Shown: positions 12,254 through 25,003 of the stretch, piece after piece
How positions within the stretch are numbered: the stretch's first letter is position 1
Layout of the letters: each line of letters starts with the position of its first letter
Source of the DNA: Octopus sinensis
Lineage: Eukaryota
Assembly: GCF_006345805.1 (NCBI RefSeq)
Contig: NC_043006.1
Coordinates: 67,580,001-67,644,000, forward strand
Direction: 5' to 3'
Length of the DNA stretch: 64,000 bases
The notes under the pieces: generated by a model
What the model was told of the DNA's origin: nothing
Database searches by the model: none
Seen by the model: only the letters and a program-made list of their open reading frames with translations
Program-made: the position numbers and the translations under genes

Positions 12254-13744
12254 CCCTTTTGTTACCGTATATATTTTGAGATGCTCTGTGTTTCTTTCAA
12301 TTGATTTTAAATATAACAAAGAATTTAGTAAAATAACTTAGTTATCATTAAGCTAGTGTTAGGAACATAAATTGTGAGTAAAGTTTGGTGGAAGATTTTA
12401 ATTCAAAATTCATGAAAACAAGACATTTGTAGTACAGAGCCAGAGGCGGTTTCAGCCAGGTTGGTATCAAAAGGGTTAAATTAGTCATTTGTTAACCCAT
12501 TTTTTGTTACCGTATTTATTTTGAGATGCTCTGTGTTTCTTTCAATTGATTTTAAATATAACAAAGAATTTAGTAAAATAACTTAGTTATCATTAAGCTA
12601 GTGTTAGGAACATAAATTGTGAGTAAAGTTTGGTGGAAGATTTTAATTCAAAATTCATGAAAACAAGACATTTGTAGTACAGAGCCAGAGGCGGTTTCAG
12701 CCAGGTTGGTATCAAAAGGGTTAAATTAGTCATTTGTTAACCCATTTTTTGTTACCGTATTTATTTTGAGATGCTGTGTTTCTTTCAATTGATTTTAAAT
12801 ATAACAAAGAATTTAGTAAAATAACTTAGTTATCATTAAGCTAGTGTTAGGAACATAAATTGTGAGTAAAGTTTGGTGGAAGATTTTAATTCAAAATTCA
12901 TGAAAACAAGACACTTGTAGTACAGAGTCAGGGGCGGTTTCAGCCAGGTTGGTATCAAAAGGGTTAAATTAGTCATTTGTTAAATTAATCATTTGTTAAC
13001 CCTTTGTTACTGCATTTATTTTGAGATGCTATGTGTTTCTTTCAATTGATTTTAAATTTAACAAAGAATTTAGTAAAATAACTTAGTTATCATTAAGCTA
13101 GTGTTAGGAACATAAATTGTGACTTAAAGTTTGGCGGAAAATTTTAATTCAAAACTTATGAAAACAAGACATCTGTGCCACAGAGCCAGAGGCGGTTTCA
13201 GCTAGGTTGGTATCAAAAGGGTTAAATTAGTGATTTGTTAAATTAATCATTTGTTAACCCTTTTTTTGTTACCGTATTTATTTTGAGATGCTCTGTGTTT
13301 CTTTCAATTGATTTTAAATATAACAAAGAATTTAGTAAAATAACTTAGTTATCATTAAGCTTAGTGTTAGAAATATAAATTGTGACTAAAGTTTGGTGGA
13401 AGATTTTAATTCAAAATTCATGAAAACAAGACATTTGTAGTACAGAGCCAGAGGCGGTTTCAGCCAGGTTGGTATCAAAAGGGTTAAATTAGTCATTTGT
13501 TAAATTAATCATTTGTTAACCCTTTGTTACCGCATTTATTTTGAGATGCTATGTGTTTCTTTCAATTGATTTTAAATTTAACAAAGAATTTAGTAAAATA
13601 ACTTAGTTATCATTAAGCTAGTGTTAGGAACATAAATTGTGACTAAAGTTTGGCGGAAAATTTTAATTCAAAATTTATGAAAACAAGACATCTGTGCTAC
13701 AGAGCCAGAGGTGGTTTCAGCTGGGTTGGTATCGAAAGGGTTAA
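12254..13744. mobile_element. Tandem array of six about 225-bp piggyBac-like MITEs
   Basis: Units run TTAA-CCC(T/A)TTT.GTTAC...GGTATCAAAAGGG-TTAA (unit 1 lacks the left TTAA). Starts at about 12254, 12496, 12741, 13000, 13258, 13520; short spacer ATTAGTCATTTG. Confidence 0.82.
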
Positions 13745-13995
13745 GCAACAACAAAATTAAGTCTAATTTGTGCAGGATACCGTTTTAAACCAAACGCAGT
13801 TATCTGCCCTTTATCTAACGATTTCTCAGATTAATTCATCTTGACATGAACATTCATTTCCATCCTCAAGTCATATAATACATAAATGTTATAATCTGAA
13901 CTGAGACCAGTTGTTTGCCTGTCTGTAACTTTATTCTATTACACATCTCTACACATATGTAAAAGTAAAGGAGGAAGAAGTATTCCAACACGAAT

Positions 13996-15124
13996 GTGCC
14001 CCTCTAACTTTGTTTCCTCATAACTTCAAGAAAAATAGATTTTTTTTTTTTAATGAAGTTTTCTACAGATATGCTTCAGATGGTGCAGATTAAGATTACA
14101 TCGGAATTTAATGTAAAAAAATTGTTTCCGAGGCTAGGATGAGGAGTTTCAGAAAATTCACATGAATCCACTTTGTTTTCTCATATCTTTCAGAAAAAAA
14201 AAGTATTTTTTAATGAAATTCTCTACAAATATCTTTTGATATTTCAGACAAATTTTCTACAAATATCTTTTGATATTTCAGACAACAATTATATCGGAAT
14301 TAAAATATGAAAAAAAGATTGACTTGTATGCATAAATACTGACACACATATCAATTTCTTTTCTCGAAATTTCAAGTTTCATTTTGTAGATATGTGATGT
14401 GTGTCAGTATGCATATGTACGAACCCAGCCCTTTTTTTTTTTTTCATATTAAATTCCCATATAATCATAATCTCCACACAAAAGTATTTCTAGAAAATTT
14501 CATTAAAAATTACCCATTTTTCTGAATGTTAAGAGAAAACAAAACTGATTCATGGGAATTTTCAGAAACTCCTCACTTCGTCCTCAGAGAAAAAGTTTCA
14601 TCATAAATTCTGATATAATCAAAATCTACACCATCCAAAGCTAATTTTATTCTTTTACTCTTTTACATGTTTCAGTAATTTGACTGTGGCCATGCTGGAT
14701 TACTGCCTTTAGTCAAAGAAATCTACTGCAGGACTTATTTTCTGTAAGCCTAGTATTTTTTCTATCAGTTTCTTTTACTGAACTGTTAAGTTTCAGGAAT
14801 ATAAGCACACCAACACCAGTTGTTAAGCAATGGTGGGGGACAAACACAGACACAAAAACACACACATATAAAAATATATATATATATATACATGACGGGC
14901 TTCTTTCAGTTTCCATCTACGAAATCCACTCACAAGGCTTTGGTTAGCCCAAGGCTACAGTAGAAGACACTTACCCAAGCTGTCACGCAGTAGGACTGAA
15001 CCCAGAACCATGTAGTAGGGAAGCAAGCTTCTTACTACACAGCCACGCCTGCACCTTGTAGAATATTTCATTAAAAAATATTAGTTCTTCTTGAAGTTAT
15101 AAGGAAACAAAGTTGGAGGGGCAC
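13996..15124. mobile_element. MITE-like element with about 37-bp TIRs and a nested SINE; a related copy follows at about 15210-15597
   Basis: gtgcccctctaactttgtttcctcataacttcaagaa at 13996 versus ttcttgaagttataaggaaacaaagttggaggggcac ending at 15124. Confidence 0.6.
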
Positions 15125-16587
15125 AATTGTGTAGGTATGCTGAAGAGGGAGTATTGTTGTTAATATGAACACCATTATACATTGATATTTTGGCATACTT
15201 ATTACAAGAGTGTCCCATCCCCGATTTTGTTTCCTCATAACTTTCAGAAAAAAATGGAGATCTGTTAAGGAAGTTTTGTACAAGTTCCTTTCAGGTGGTG
15301 CACATTCCAATTATATCAGAATTTAATTTTTAAAAAATGTGAACGCATATACATAACATACTGACACAAATCACTATATTTTTCAAAATTAATTTCACGT
15401 TTTATTTTGTAGATATTATGTGTTATGCGTTAGTATATATGTGAGCTCGCCCACTTTTTTCTTTTGTTTTCTTTTTTTTTAATATTAAATTCTGATTGTC
15501 ATAATCTACAGTACCTGAAAGGTATTTTAAAATTTTGTTTTAAAAATATCCATTTTTCCTGAAACTTATGAGGAAATAAAGTTAGGTGGGGCGCATTTAT
15601 GTAGGTATGTCGTATATTATCTAGCAGACAGAATCGTTAGCACGTCGTATAAATTGCTCAGCGGCATTTCTTCCGACTCGTTACGTTCTGAGTTCAAACT
15701 CCGCCGAAGTTGACTTTGCATTTCATCATTTCAGACTCGATAAAATTAATACCAGTAGAACACTGGGGTCGATGTAATCGACGAGTCACCTCTCTACCAA
15801 AATTTCAGGCCTTGTGCCAATAGCTGAATGGATTATTTCCGTGAAATATACCTTGGTTCATTTTTTTTATTGCCTTCGCTCTTGTTTTACAGGCAAGCGT
15901 TCAAGGGAGACAACTGTTACCTCAAGCAAACGGTGATGCTTGCACAGACAGAATGGTGTGAATGGCATTCTGTAAAATAGACACCCTATCATACATATTA
16001 GTGTCGTTACGTCTAATGTAAGAGAGTATATATAGTTCTAGAGGTGTACTTGCCAAGCAAGTGTTTTGATCGGAGACCGTGTGTTGAAACTAAAATGATT
16101 GCAGCATGAAAGACGCATGTCATGTTAGCCATTCAGAAACACACAAAGAGTGTTAACTTTGCTTAAACATCCATTATTTATAATATGGTGTCGAAATTTT
16201 TCGCCGTTCGAAACTGATTTATTCACTGACAAGGAGACACTGCATCTCAGAGATGCAGTAGACGGTTCTTATAGACGGACATGAGAGAGTAAAAGCGGGA
16301 GAGAAAAGGAGAGAGAGAGAGAGTACTAAAAGAGTTTGTTAGTCTTACAGACACAAAGAAGCGGGAACGTGGGTAGGAGAAAGAGAGAACGAAGCAGTGG
16401 AAAAAACATAGTGACCAGTAGAGACAGGCAGTGACAGACAGACTTAGTGACCAGTATACCAGCAGACACGCAGACAAGTAAACAGACAGATCTAGGAAAC
16501 AATAGACAAACAGTCACCGAGACAAGCAAATATTGCTCTAGAAAGAGGCACGAGAGGCGTTGAAGAATCGTATTTATTTAGACTTAC

Positions 16588-16728
16588 GTCAGGTTCCTTT
16601 ATCAATGTTCCCAGTAACAATTTACGTTCATTTGATGAACTGATCTTTGGTTCTAGAAGGCCTTGGTAGTCTGTGTTTGCTTCCTCGTCCAGTAAATCAA
16701 TGACGCGAACTTCCAAAGGAGGGAGACC
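16588..16728 (-). CDS. COASY: CoA synthase coding exon 3 (end of PPAT, KxSSS motif, linker)
   Basis: tttcccctgtag|GLPPLEVRVIDLL...EPKISSSNERKLLLGTLIKEPD|gtaagt. 141 nt, phase 0-0. Confidence 0.93.
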
Positions 16729-19298
16729 CTACAGGGGAAAATACGATGAAACAAACAATAAAATGGAGGGTATGTATTTGTTTGTGTAGTGTGCATGTGT
16801 GTTTGTGTATGCGTATTTGTGCATGTGTATCTGTATGTAGATTTGTGTTTGCGCGTGCACATTTATACGTATACACGTGTGTTTGTGTGGTGTAAGTCTT
16901 CATGTATCTGCATCTGTGGTATGTATGTATTTGTGTCGTGTTATGTTATGTTCGTGTGTATTTCCATTTATGTGAGCGTATTATTTATTTAGTCATTTTT
17001 AGTGAAGGAAGGGCAGCACCCTTGATCCTTTTAAAAAGTCTCCTCAACACTTTTAGGAGTTCAAGAGGGGAAGAAGTCACAACAGACACGTTTTAACAGA
17101 AAGAAGCAGCGCAACAAGATACCAAATTATCCTATGCATATACACTCTTGAGATATAATCTGAATGTAAACAACAGAGTAGGCTGTGCTAAGGACATCTA
17201 AAGACCAAGTTATGGATTAAGTCTAGCACACAAGTTGGGAGGTTACCACTGTGTGCGCATGTGCATGCCTGAGTATGTGTTTGAGTGAGTCTGTAATCAA
17301 GTTTGTGTATGTCTATATGTAAGTATGCTTGTGTACACTTATATAGGATGTGTGTGTGGTGTGTAAGCAATAGCAAAGTAGCCAAATAGGTAATGTATGT
17401 CAACGGGTGTTTGCCAATTTCAAGTGTCTATTCCAGTTGTTTGACCAATTGATTAACATTATAATTTTATATTCATGAAATGAGGAATGAGAACCGCATA
17501 CCCCCAGGAATCAAATAAAGGGTTAGGTTCGAAATTTCAAAACAACACGAGTTCAGCAGAAGACACCAGTAGGTTGGAGCATACAACAGCCAAAATGTAA
17601 TGAAATCAACAATCAAGATAACACCAAGTAATATAAACAGTATACAAAATGAGTGATATTATTCCAGAGATCCTTCAGAGGAATCCCATTTCAGATGCTT
17701 GTATTCACTCTCATATTCTTTTGGTCATTACCTCAACTTTTATGGCCAAAGGTGAGGATAGGCACAAAAACTGAACTAAACTTAGTGAGTTTGATAGAAT
17801 GCATGGCTCAGCGATCAGTGAGTCTCTCTAGGTTGAACCACTACTTCTTTGCATTGTAAGGTCACAGCACCAGTACTACAGATGTGCTTAGAATGTCACA
17901 GGAGAGAATCACAAGATGGATTCTCCAAGCCAAGTCAAGCCAGTTGGCAGCAAACATAGGGGCAAATGAAGAACAAGACAGTTGAAACAGTGACCTGGCA
18001 GAAACGTTAGCATGGTGGGTGAAATGCTTAGTGGTATTTCATCTGTCTTTACATTCTGAGTTCAAATTCCGCCAAGGTCAGCTTTGCCTTTCATCCTTTT
18101 GGGGTTGATAAATTAAGTACCAGTTGCACACTGGGATCAATCAAATCGTCTGGCCCCCTCCCACAAAATTTCAGGCCTTGTGCATAAAGCAGAAAAGAAT
18201 ATTGAGGTGGGTTAAAGTGACAAGCTGGCAGAAACATTAGCACACCAGGCAAAATGTTTATAGGTATTTCATCTATTTTTATGTTCTGAGTTCAAATTCT
18301 GCTGAGGTTGACTTATCCTTTCAGGATTGATAAATTAAGTACCAGTTGTATACCGGAGTTGATCAAATCGACTGGCCCCCTCCCCAAAAATTTCAGTCCT
18401 GTGCCTAGAGTACAAAAGATGGCTGAATATCCATAACTGGTCATGCTTGGGAATCTAGCCAGAAAGTGTAATAACAGTTGATAAGCTCCTTCCTGAATCA
18501 TACTGACCCATACGGCTGGTTTCCTGGTTTCTGTAACCTATGTATTTTACCCTGGATGAGACACTAGTCTGCCACACGATTACTCATTTTTGCAAGCTGT
18601 GTGGACTGGAGCAATGTGAAACAAAATGTTTTGCTCAAAAACACAATGCAGTGCCCGGTACAGGAATGGAAACCACAATCTTATGATCATGAGCCCAACA
18701 CCGTAACCACTAAGCCATGCACCTCCACTACTAATGACAGTTGCATCTGATAGGACTCTGTGGAGGAGGTGCCTGAGGACACTATGTCTGTGACACCCCC
18801 AGGAATGGTGAGTGGAGAAGATGAATGGATGGACAATCAAGAGAATTACTGACTTATTGAATTAGCATATAAATGGTTGAGTATTTCTCAGACATGTGTA
18901 CACATGCCTGTGTGTATGTGTGTGTGTGTGTGTGCAATGTTGTTTAACTCTCAGTCAGCCTAGATAGAATGGGCCTACATTCAAAGGTGCTTCAGTGAAA
19001 ACACCTATACACTACTTCAAAAAAATAAGCCTCTATGTGGCTGTTCAATCTGCTGGAAATAACAGCCAAATCTCTTCAAATCATAACCTACCATCTTAGC
19101 ATTAAACATGTTGGATCATGTGACACTCAGGTCAGTGTGTCTCAGTAAAAGATGGGATGGTCATAGCTAGAAAGCTTTTGATCATAGGCCTATTCAATCA
19201 GGATTGTCCTGAGGATTAAACAGCAACAGCATGAAATTTCTCTTGAAATAAAACAATGTAATTTAAAATATAAAGTATCAAAAAAAAAGACAAATTAC

Positions 19299-19513
19299 CC
19301 TTTTTGACCGTTCTGTGTTTATCATTGTAGCCCCTTTACTCGTCTCCTTGGTAACCACCAGACAGTCCATTGTTGCATCGGTGATAGTTGGTCCATACAT
19401 GTCTTGCAGGGGCACTAACTCCACTTTGATGCCAGGCTTGACATCCTCAATGAAATCCCGGACAGAGTTCATCCGCATTTCTAGTGGCTCAAGTAGTTCA
19501 CTGAGGACCTTCC
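19299..19513 (-). CDS. COASY: CoA synthase coding exon 2 (PPAT domain)
   Basis: ccaacag|GG completes A+GG=Arg, then KVLSELLEPLEMR...PLQDMYGPTITDATMDCLVVTKETSKGATMINTERSKR. Donor AGG|gtaatt, phase 0. Confidence 0.95.
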
Positions 19514-19797
19514 CTGTTGGACATTGGTTATTGAGTGGAGTAGGTGAAATATCATGTGACATCATATGGAAGTGGTGATGATTGGGGGGGGGGAGGGAAT
19601 AGAAGAAAAAAAACATAAATTAAAATATTTAACCACACTGTAATGCACTAACTGTGACACACAACCTCAGTGCTGTCACACTTCAGGTTTCAGCTAATCA
19701 ATATAACTGTTGACAACAAAAATAACAACATCAACACAGGTCTATGCACTTGTCTGTGTATATATACATAATTACATATGTATGTATGTGTGTGTGT

Positions 19798-19930
19798 GTT
19801 ACAGAAGCTCCCAGTGAGGATTGAACTCACGACTCCTGGTTTACAAGACCAGGGCTCTAGTTCAGTGGTGAGAGCACTGGTCTTGTAAACCAGGGATCAT
19901 GCATCTGATCCTCACTGGAGGCTTCTGTTA
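19798..19930. pseudogene. tRNA-Thr(TGT)-derived pseudogene arranged as an inverted repeat
   Basis: The + copy (about 19852-19924) has D-arm ttcagtggtgagagca and anticodon arm ctggt-cttgtaa-accag but a broken T-loop. The - copy (about 19806-19858) has the anticodon arm and an intact T-loop gagttcaatcc but no 5' end. Confidence 0.85.
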
Positions 19931-20292
19931 CACACATATATATTTACATACATACATACATTTTGTATATACACTCACACGAACACACATTGGATAGCTA
20001 GATAGATGTGTGTTTAATATGTGTATATATATGTGTGCATTCATTTCTGTCCACCCATGTATCACTGTGATGTGTTAGTGTGTGTATTACTATGAATGTT
20101 TGTGTGTGTGAATGCAAGTGTATACATACACATATACACACACACACACATATATATACTTATATGAATGTATGTAGGGGTGTCCTGAAGGACAACCTAG
20201 ATAGATAGAATGTATGTATTAGCATATATTAGACAGAATGAGATAACAAATCCAAGGTTGTGAGGAGTTTTCAAAACATTTATAAAGAAATA

Positions 20293-20340
20293 GCCTTACA
20301 GCTGTTTCTGGGATATTATGGATATCCCTTCATCAGAGAC
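20293..20340 (-). ncRNA. Minimal type I hammerhead ribozyme motif (Penelope-like retroelement type)
   Basis: GTCT-CTGATGA-A-GGGATAT(ccata)ATATCCC-A-GAA-ACAGCTGT-A-AGGC. Intact core, 7-bp stem II, palindromic loopless stem III, GUA triplet, 4-bp stem I. Confidence 0.7.
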
Positions 20341-20683
20341 GGTGTGAGAAAATATTTGAGTTCGAATTATATATAAGGTAAGTAGAGTTAGCAGTTGGAA
20401 TAACCATCTAAGGGATAAGAATATCCGTTATTACTACCGTTATGAATTACCTATATTAACCCTGGGCATGGATATGCAAGCATACTATGCTCATAGGATA
20501 CAGGCAATAACAAAATAAACAAAAGTTTATCAGGAATCAAATTTAAATGGAGAAAATAGAGAAAATTTTTTATCAACAAGCAAACTCACGAAAAAAAAAA
20601 AATAATAACCCATGGTAGTCAATTTGTTTGCTGAACAAAAATTTTTTCCATTTTGTGCTTAATTTATATATATTTAGATGAAA

Positions 20684-20871
20684 ATAGTTATGACCTGTTT
20701 ATGGGGTTACTCAGGGTATGATGTCCATAGAGCTCTTAGCTTTACATATGTCTCATCAGACCCTAATGGCTGGTGGCTTATAACCTCTCTTTCTGACAAG
20801 ATGTATATGTAAAGCTAAGTGTTTTATAGACATGATACCCTGGGTAACCCTATAGACAGGCCATAACTACC
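20684..20871. mobile_element. Degenerate MITE-like inverted repeat (about 70-bp arms)
   Basis: tagttatgacctgtttatggggttactcagggtatgatgtc... versus ...gacatgataccctgggtaaccctatagacaggccataactacc. Confidence 0.65.
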
Positions 20872-21309
20872 TTTATCTAAATACTCTACTATAACTTAGA
20901 GTGTGCTTCTCTTTCAGATTTGTGATTTACTGATGATATATAAATAAATTGACATAATATTATGTCTAAAAGTTGATGAATACCACCTACTGATCCCCTC
21001 CATTGTTATTGCTCTATAAATCTCTTATTATAAAAGGCAGATTTTATCTGCCTCCCTTTGTCAGTTATAGAAATCTACAATATAGGATTTCTTCAATTAC
21101 AATTTACCTAGCATTTTTAAGAGTAGAATGCATCAGGTTTTGCCAGGTCCGGTTTTTAAAATTTCAACCCCAATTAAGCAAAATTTAGAGAAAACTCACA
21201 TTCTGGTGTATATGTCAAATGCTTTTCTTAGTTTGGGTTACAGCACATGCAAACGCACACACACAGTGTGCAACGAATAAACTGAAACTAATTCACTGTG
21301 TGTTGACAG

Positions 21310-21426
21310 GAAAGTAATTCACTTTCTGTAGTGAGTGATTCTTTCACTCTGCCTCCCACTTCCTCTTTACACACATAGACACGCAAATATATAAATAAAA
21401 TTGTAAGCTAACGTGTGTGTGTGTGA

Positions 21427-21465
<39 letters not shown>

Positions 21466-22155
21466 CGCGTGTGTGTGTGCGCGTGTGTGTGTGTGTGTGT
21501 GCGTGAGTGTGTGACAGGAAAGTTTTTTACGACGAATATAAGACCTATATCCAAGTAGCAGAAAGATCGCCCAAAAGTGTATATAGATATTTAAATGTAT
21601 TTATATATTCATCTATACACAGATGTATGTATAATGTGTGTGTATATATTTCTATAGACGTAACCATTCACTCCACACAAAGCTTTTTAGGACGAAAATA
21701 AGATCTAAAGTTATCTCTAAGTAGCACAAAGATCGCCCAAAAGTGTATATAGATATATAAATGTATTATATATTCATCTATGCACACATGTATGTATAAC
21801 GTGTGTGTATATATTTCCATAGAGGTAACCATTCACTCCATACAAAGGTTTTTAGGACGAAAATAAGATCTAAAGTTATCTCTAAGAAACAGAAAGATCG
21901 CCCAAAAGTGTATATAGATATTTAAATGTATTATTATATTTCATCTACACACATGTATGTATAATGTGCGTGTATATATTTCCATAGAGGTAAAAGTGAA
22001 AGTAATTCACTTTCTGTAGTGAGTGACTCTTTCACTCTGCCTCCCACTTCTTCTTTACACACATAGACACGCAAATATATAAATAAAATTGTAAGCTAAC
22101 GTGCGTGTGGGTGTTTGTGTGTGTGTGTGTGCGTTGTGTGTGTGTGAGGGTGCGC

Positions 22156-22186
<31 letters not shown>

Positions 22187-24235
22187 AGTGTGTGACAGGA
22201 AAGTTTTTTAGGACGAATATAAGACCTATATCCAAGTAGCAGAAAGATCGCCAAAAGTGTATATAGATATTTAAATGTATTTATAAGTATATACAAGTAG
22301 CAGAAAGAAAGATCGCCCAAAAGTGTATATAGATATTTAAATGTATTTATATATTCATCTATACACAGATGTATGTATAATGTGTGTGTATATATTTCTA
22401 TAGACGTAACCATTCACTCCGCACAAAGGTTTTTAGGACGAAAATAAGATCTAAAGTTATCTCTAAGTAGCACAAAGATCGCCCAAAAGTGTATATAGAT
22501 ATATAAATGTATTTATATATTCATCTATGCACACATGTATGTATAACGTGTGTGTATATATTTCCATAGAGGTAACCATTCACTCCATACAAAGGTTTTT
22601 AGGACGAAAATAAGATCTAAAGTTATCTCTAAGAAACAGAAAGATCGCCCAAAAGTGTATATAGATATTTAAATGTATTTATATATTCATCTATACACAC
22701 ATGTATGTATAATGTGCGTGTATATATTTCCATAGAGGTAAAAGTGAAAGTAATTCACTTTCTGTAGTGAGTGACTCTTTCACTCTGCCTCCCACTTCTT
22801 CTTTACACACATAGACACGCAAATATATAAATAAAATTGTAAGCTAACGTGCGTGTGTGTGTGTGTGTGCGTCTGTGTGTGTGTGAGGGTGCGCGTGTGT
22901 GTGTGTGTGTGCGTGAGTGTGTGACAGGAAAGTTTTTTAGGACAAATATAAGACCTATATCCAAGTAGCAGAAAGATCGCCCAAAAGTGTATATAGATAT
23001 TTAAATGTATTTATAAGTATATACAAGTAGCAGAAAGATCGCCCAAAAGTGTATATAGATATTTAAATGTATTTATATATTCATCTATACACAGATGTAT
23101 GTATAATGTGTGTGTATATATTTCTATAGACGTAACCATTCACTCCGCACAAAGGTTTTTAGGACGAAAATAAGATCTAAAGTTATCTCTAAGTAGCACA
23201 AAGATCGCCCAAAAGTGTATATAGATATATAAATGTAGTTATATATTCATCTATGCACACATGTATGTATAACGTGTGTGTATATATTTCCATAGAGGTA
23301 ACCATTCACTCCATACAAAGGTTTTTAGGACGAAAATAAGATCTAAAGTTATCTCTAAGAAACAGAAAGATCGCCCAAAAGTGTATAGATATTAAATGTA
23401 TTTATATATTCATCTATACACACATGTATGTATAATGTGCGTGTATATATTTCCATAGAGGTAAAAGTGAAAGTAATTCACTTTCTGTAGTGAGTGACTC
23501 TTTCACTCTGCCTCCCACTTCCTCTTTACACACATAGACACGCAAATATATAAATAAAATTGTAAGCTAACTTGTGTGTGTGTGTGTGTGTGTGTGCGTC
23601 TGTGTGTGTGTGAGGGTGTGCATGTGTGTGTGTGTGTGTGTGCGTGAGTGTGTGACAGGAAAGTTTTTTACGACGAATATAAGACCTATATCCAAGTAGC
23701 AGAAAGATCGCCCAAAAGTGTATATAGATATTTAAATGTATTTATAAGTATATACAAGTAGCAGAAAGATCGCCCAAAAGTGTATATAGATATTTAAATG
23801 TATTTATATATTCATTTATACACAGATGTATGTATAATGTGTGTGTATATATTTCTATAGACGTAACCATTCACTCCGCACAAAGGTTTTTAGGACGAAA
23901 ATAAGATCTAAAGTTATCTCTAAGTAGCACAAAGATCACCCAAAAGTGTATATAGATATATAAATGTAGTTATATATTCATCTATGCACACATGTATGTA
24001 TAACGTGTGTGTATATATTTCCATAGAGGTAACCATTCACTGCATACAAAGGTTTTTAGGACGAAAATAAGATCTAAAGTTATCTCTAAGAAACAGAAAG
24101 ATCGCCCAAAAGTGTATATAGATATTTAAATGTATTTATATATTCATCTATACACACATGTATGTATAATGTGCGTGTATATATTTCCATAGAGGTAACC
24201 ATTCAATCCATACAAAGTTTTTTAGGACGAAAATA
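21310..24235. repeat. Higher-order tandem repeat: 4 units of about 690-750 bp, each a (TG)n-bearing head + three about 165-bp monomers
   Basis: Anchor actttctgtagtgagtga at 21321, 22009, 22757, 23480. Monomer anchor aagatcgcccaaaagtg spaced 165-166 bp. Confidence 0.9.
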
Positions 24236-24481
24236 TTTATATATAAAAGAAAGGTTGTGTGTCTGTCTACTCCGATTTAGATTCCTAACTACTCCCACAT
24301 TTTGCGATGCAGTTTAACCAAAACCGGGTATCTTATAGTCGTGATTCATATCGAGCCCTTCTGGGTATTAGCGCGCGTCTACAATGAGTCTATGATTTTA
24401 CAAATAATTTACCATCATTTTTTTCCATTTTAATGCATATTTTTTTAATAAAGGGAAGTAACTCTCAAACTTCACACCAAT

Positions 24482-25003
24482 ATGCGTGCTCATATGCGAC
24501 GTAATATCACATCAGCAGCATTTCCTCACACCCTCCTTGCACTTGGCGAAGGCAAAATACCAGGGGATGAAAATGGTAATATTGCCATCGATTCCATTTG
24601 TACCATTGTTAAGACGCCTTCTGATCTCAGAGATGCAGTGTTCCCAGATCTACAAGCTAATTATCAGAATATGGATTGGATTGGCAAAAAGGCTATACTG
24701 GCCCCGAGGAATAAAACTGTTCACCATATTAATGATGAAATGCTAAAACTCATTCCTGGGGAAGTCTATGTATATCAGTCTATCGATACAACTCCTGACC
24801 CAGAGGACGTCATCAACTATCCAATAGAGGTACTCAATTCCTTTGAGTACCCCGGACTACCACCACACTTTCTCAAACTTAAAGTTGGTGCCCCTATAAT
24901 GCTCATCAGAAATTTGGTTCCCCCAAAACAATGCAATGGCACACGTTTGATCGTTAAGTCCTTATCTCCCACCGTAAGCTTATATCAATATTTGTCTGAA
25001 TAA
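24482..25003 (+). pseudogene. Helitron RepHel Pif1-family helicase C-terminal fragment
   Basis: Conserved motifs ILAPRN, PPH.L.LKVGAPIML.RNL, CNGTRL.V; truncated at both ends. Confidence 0.9.
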
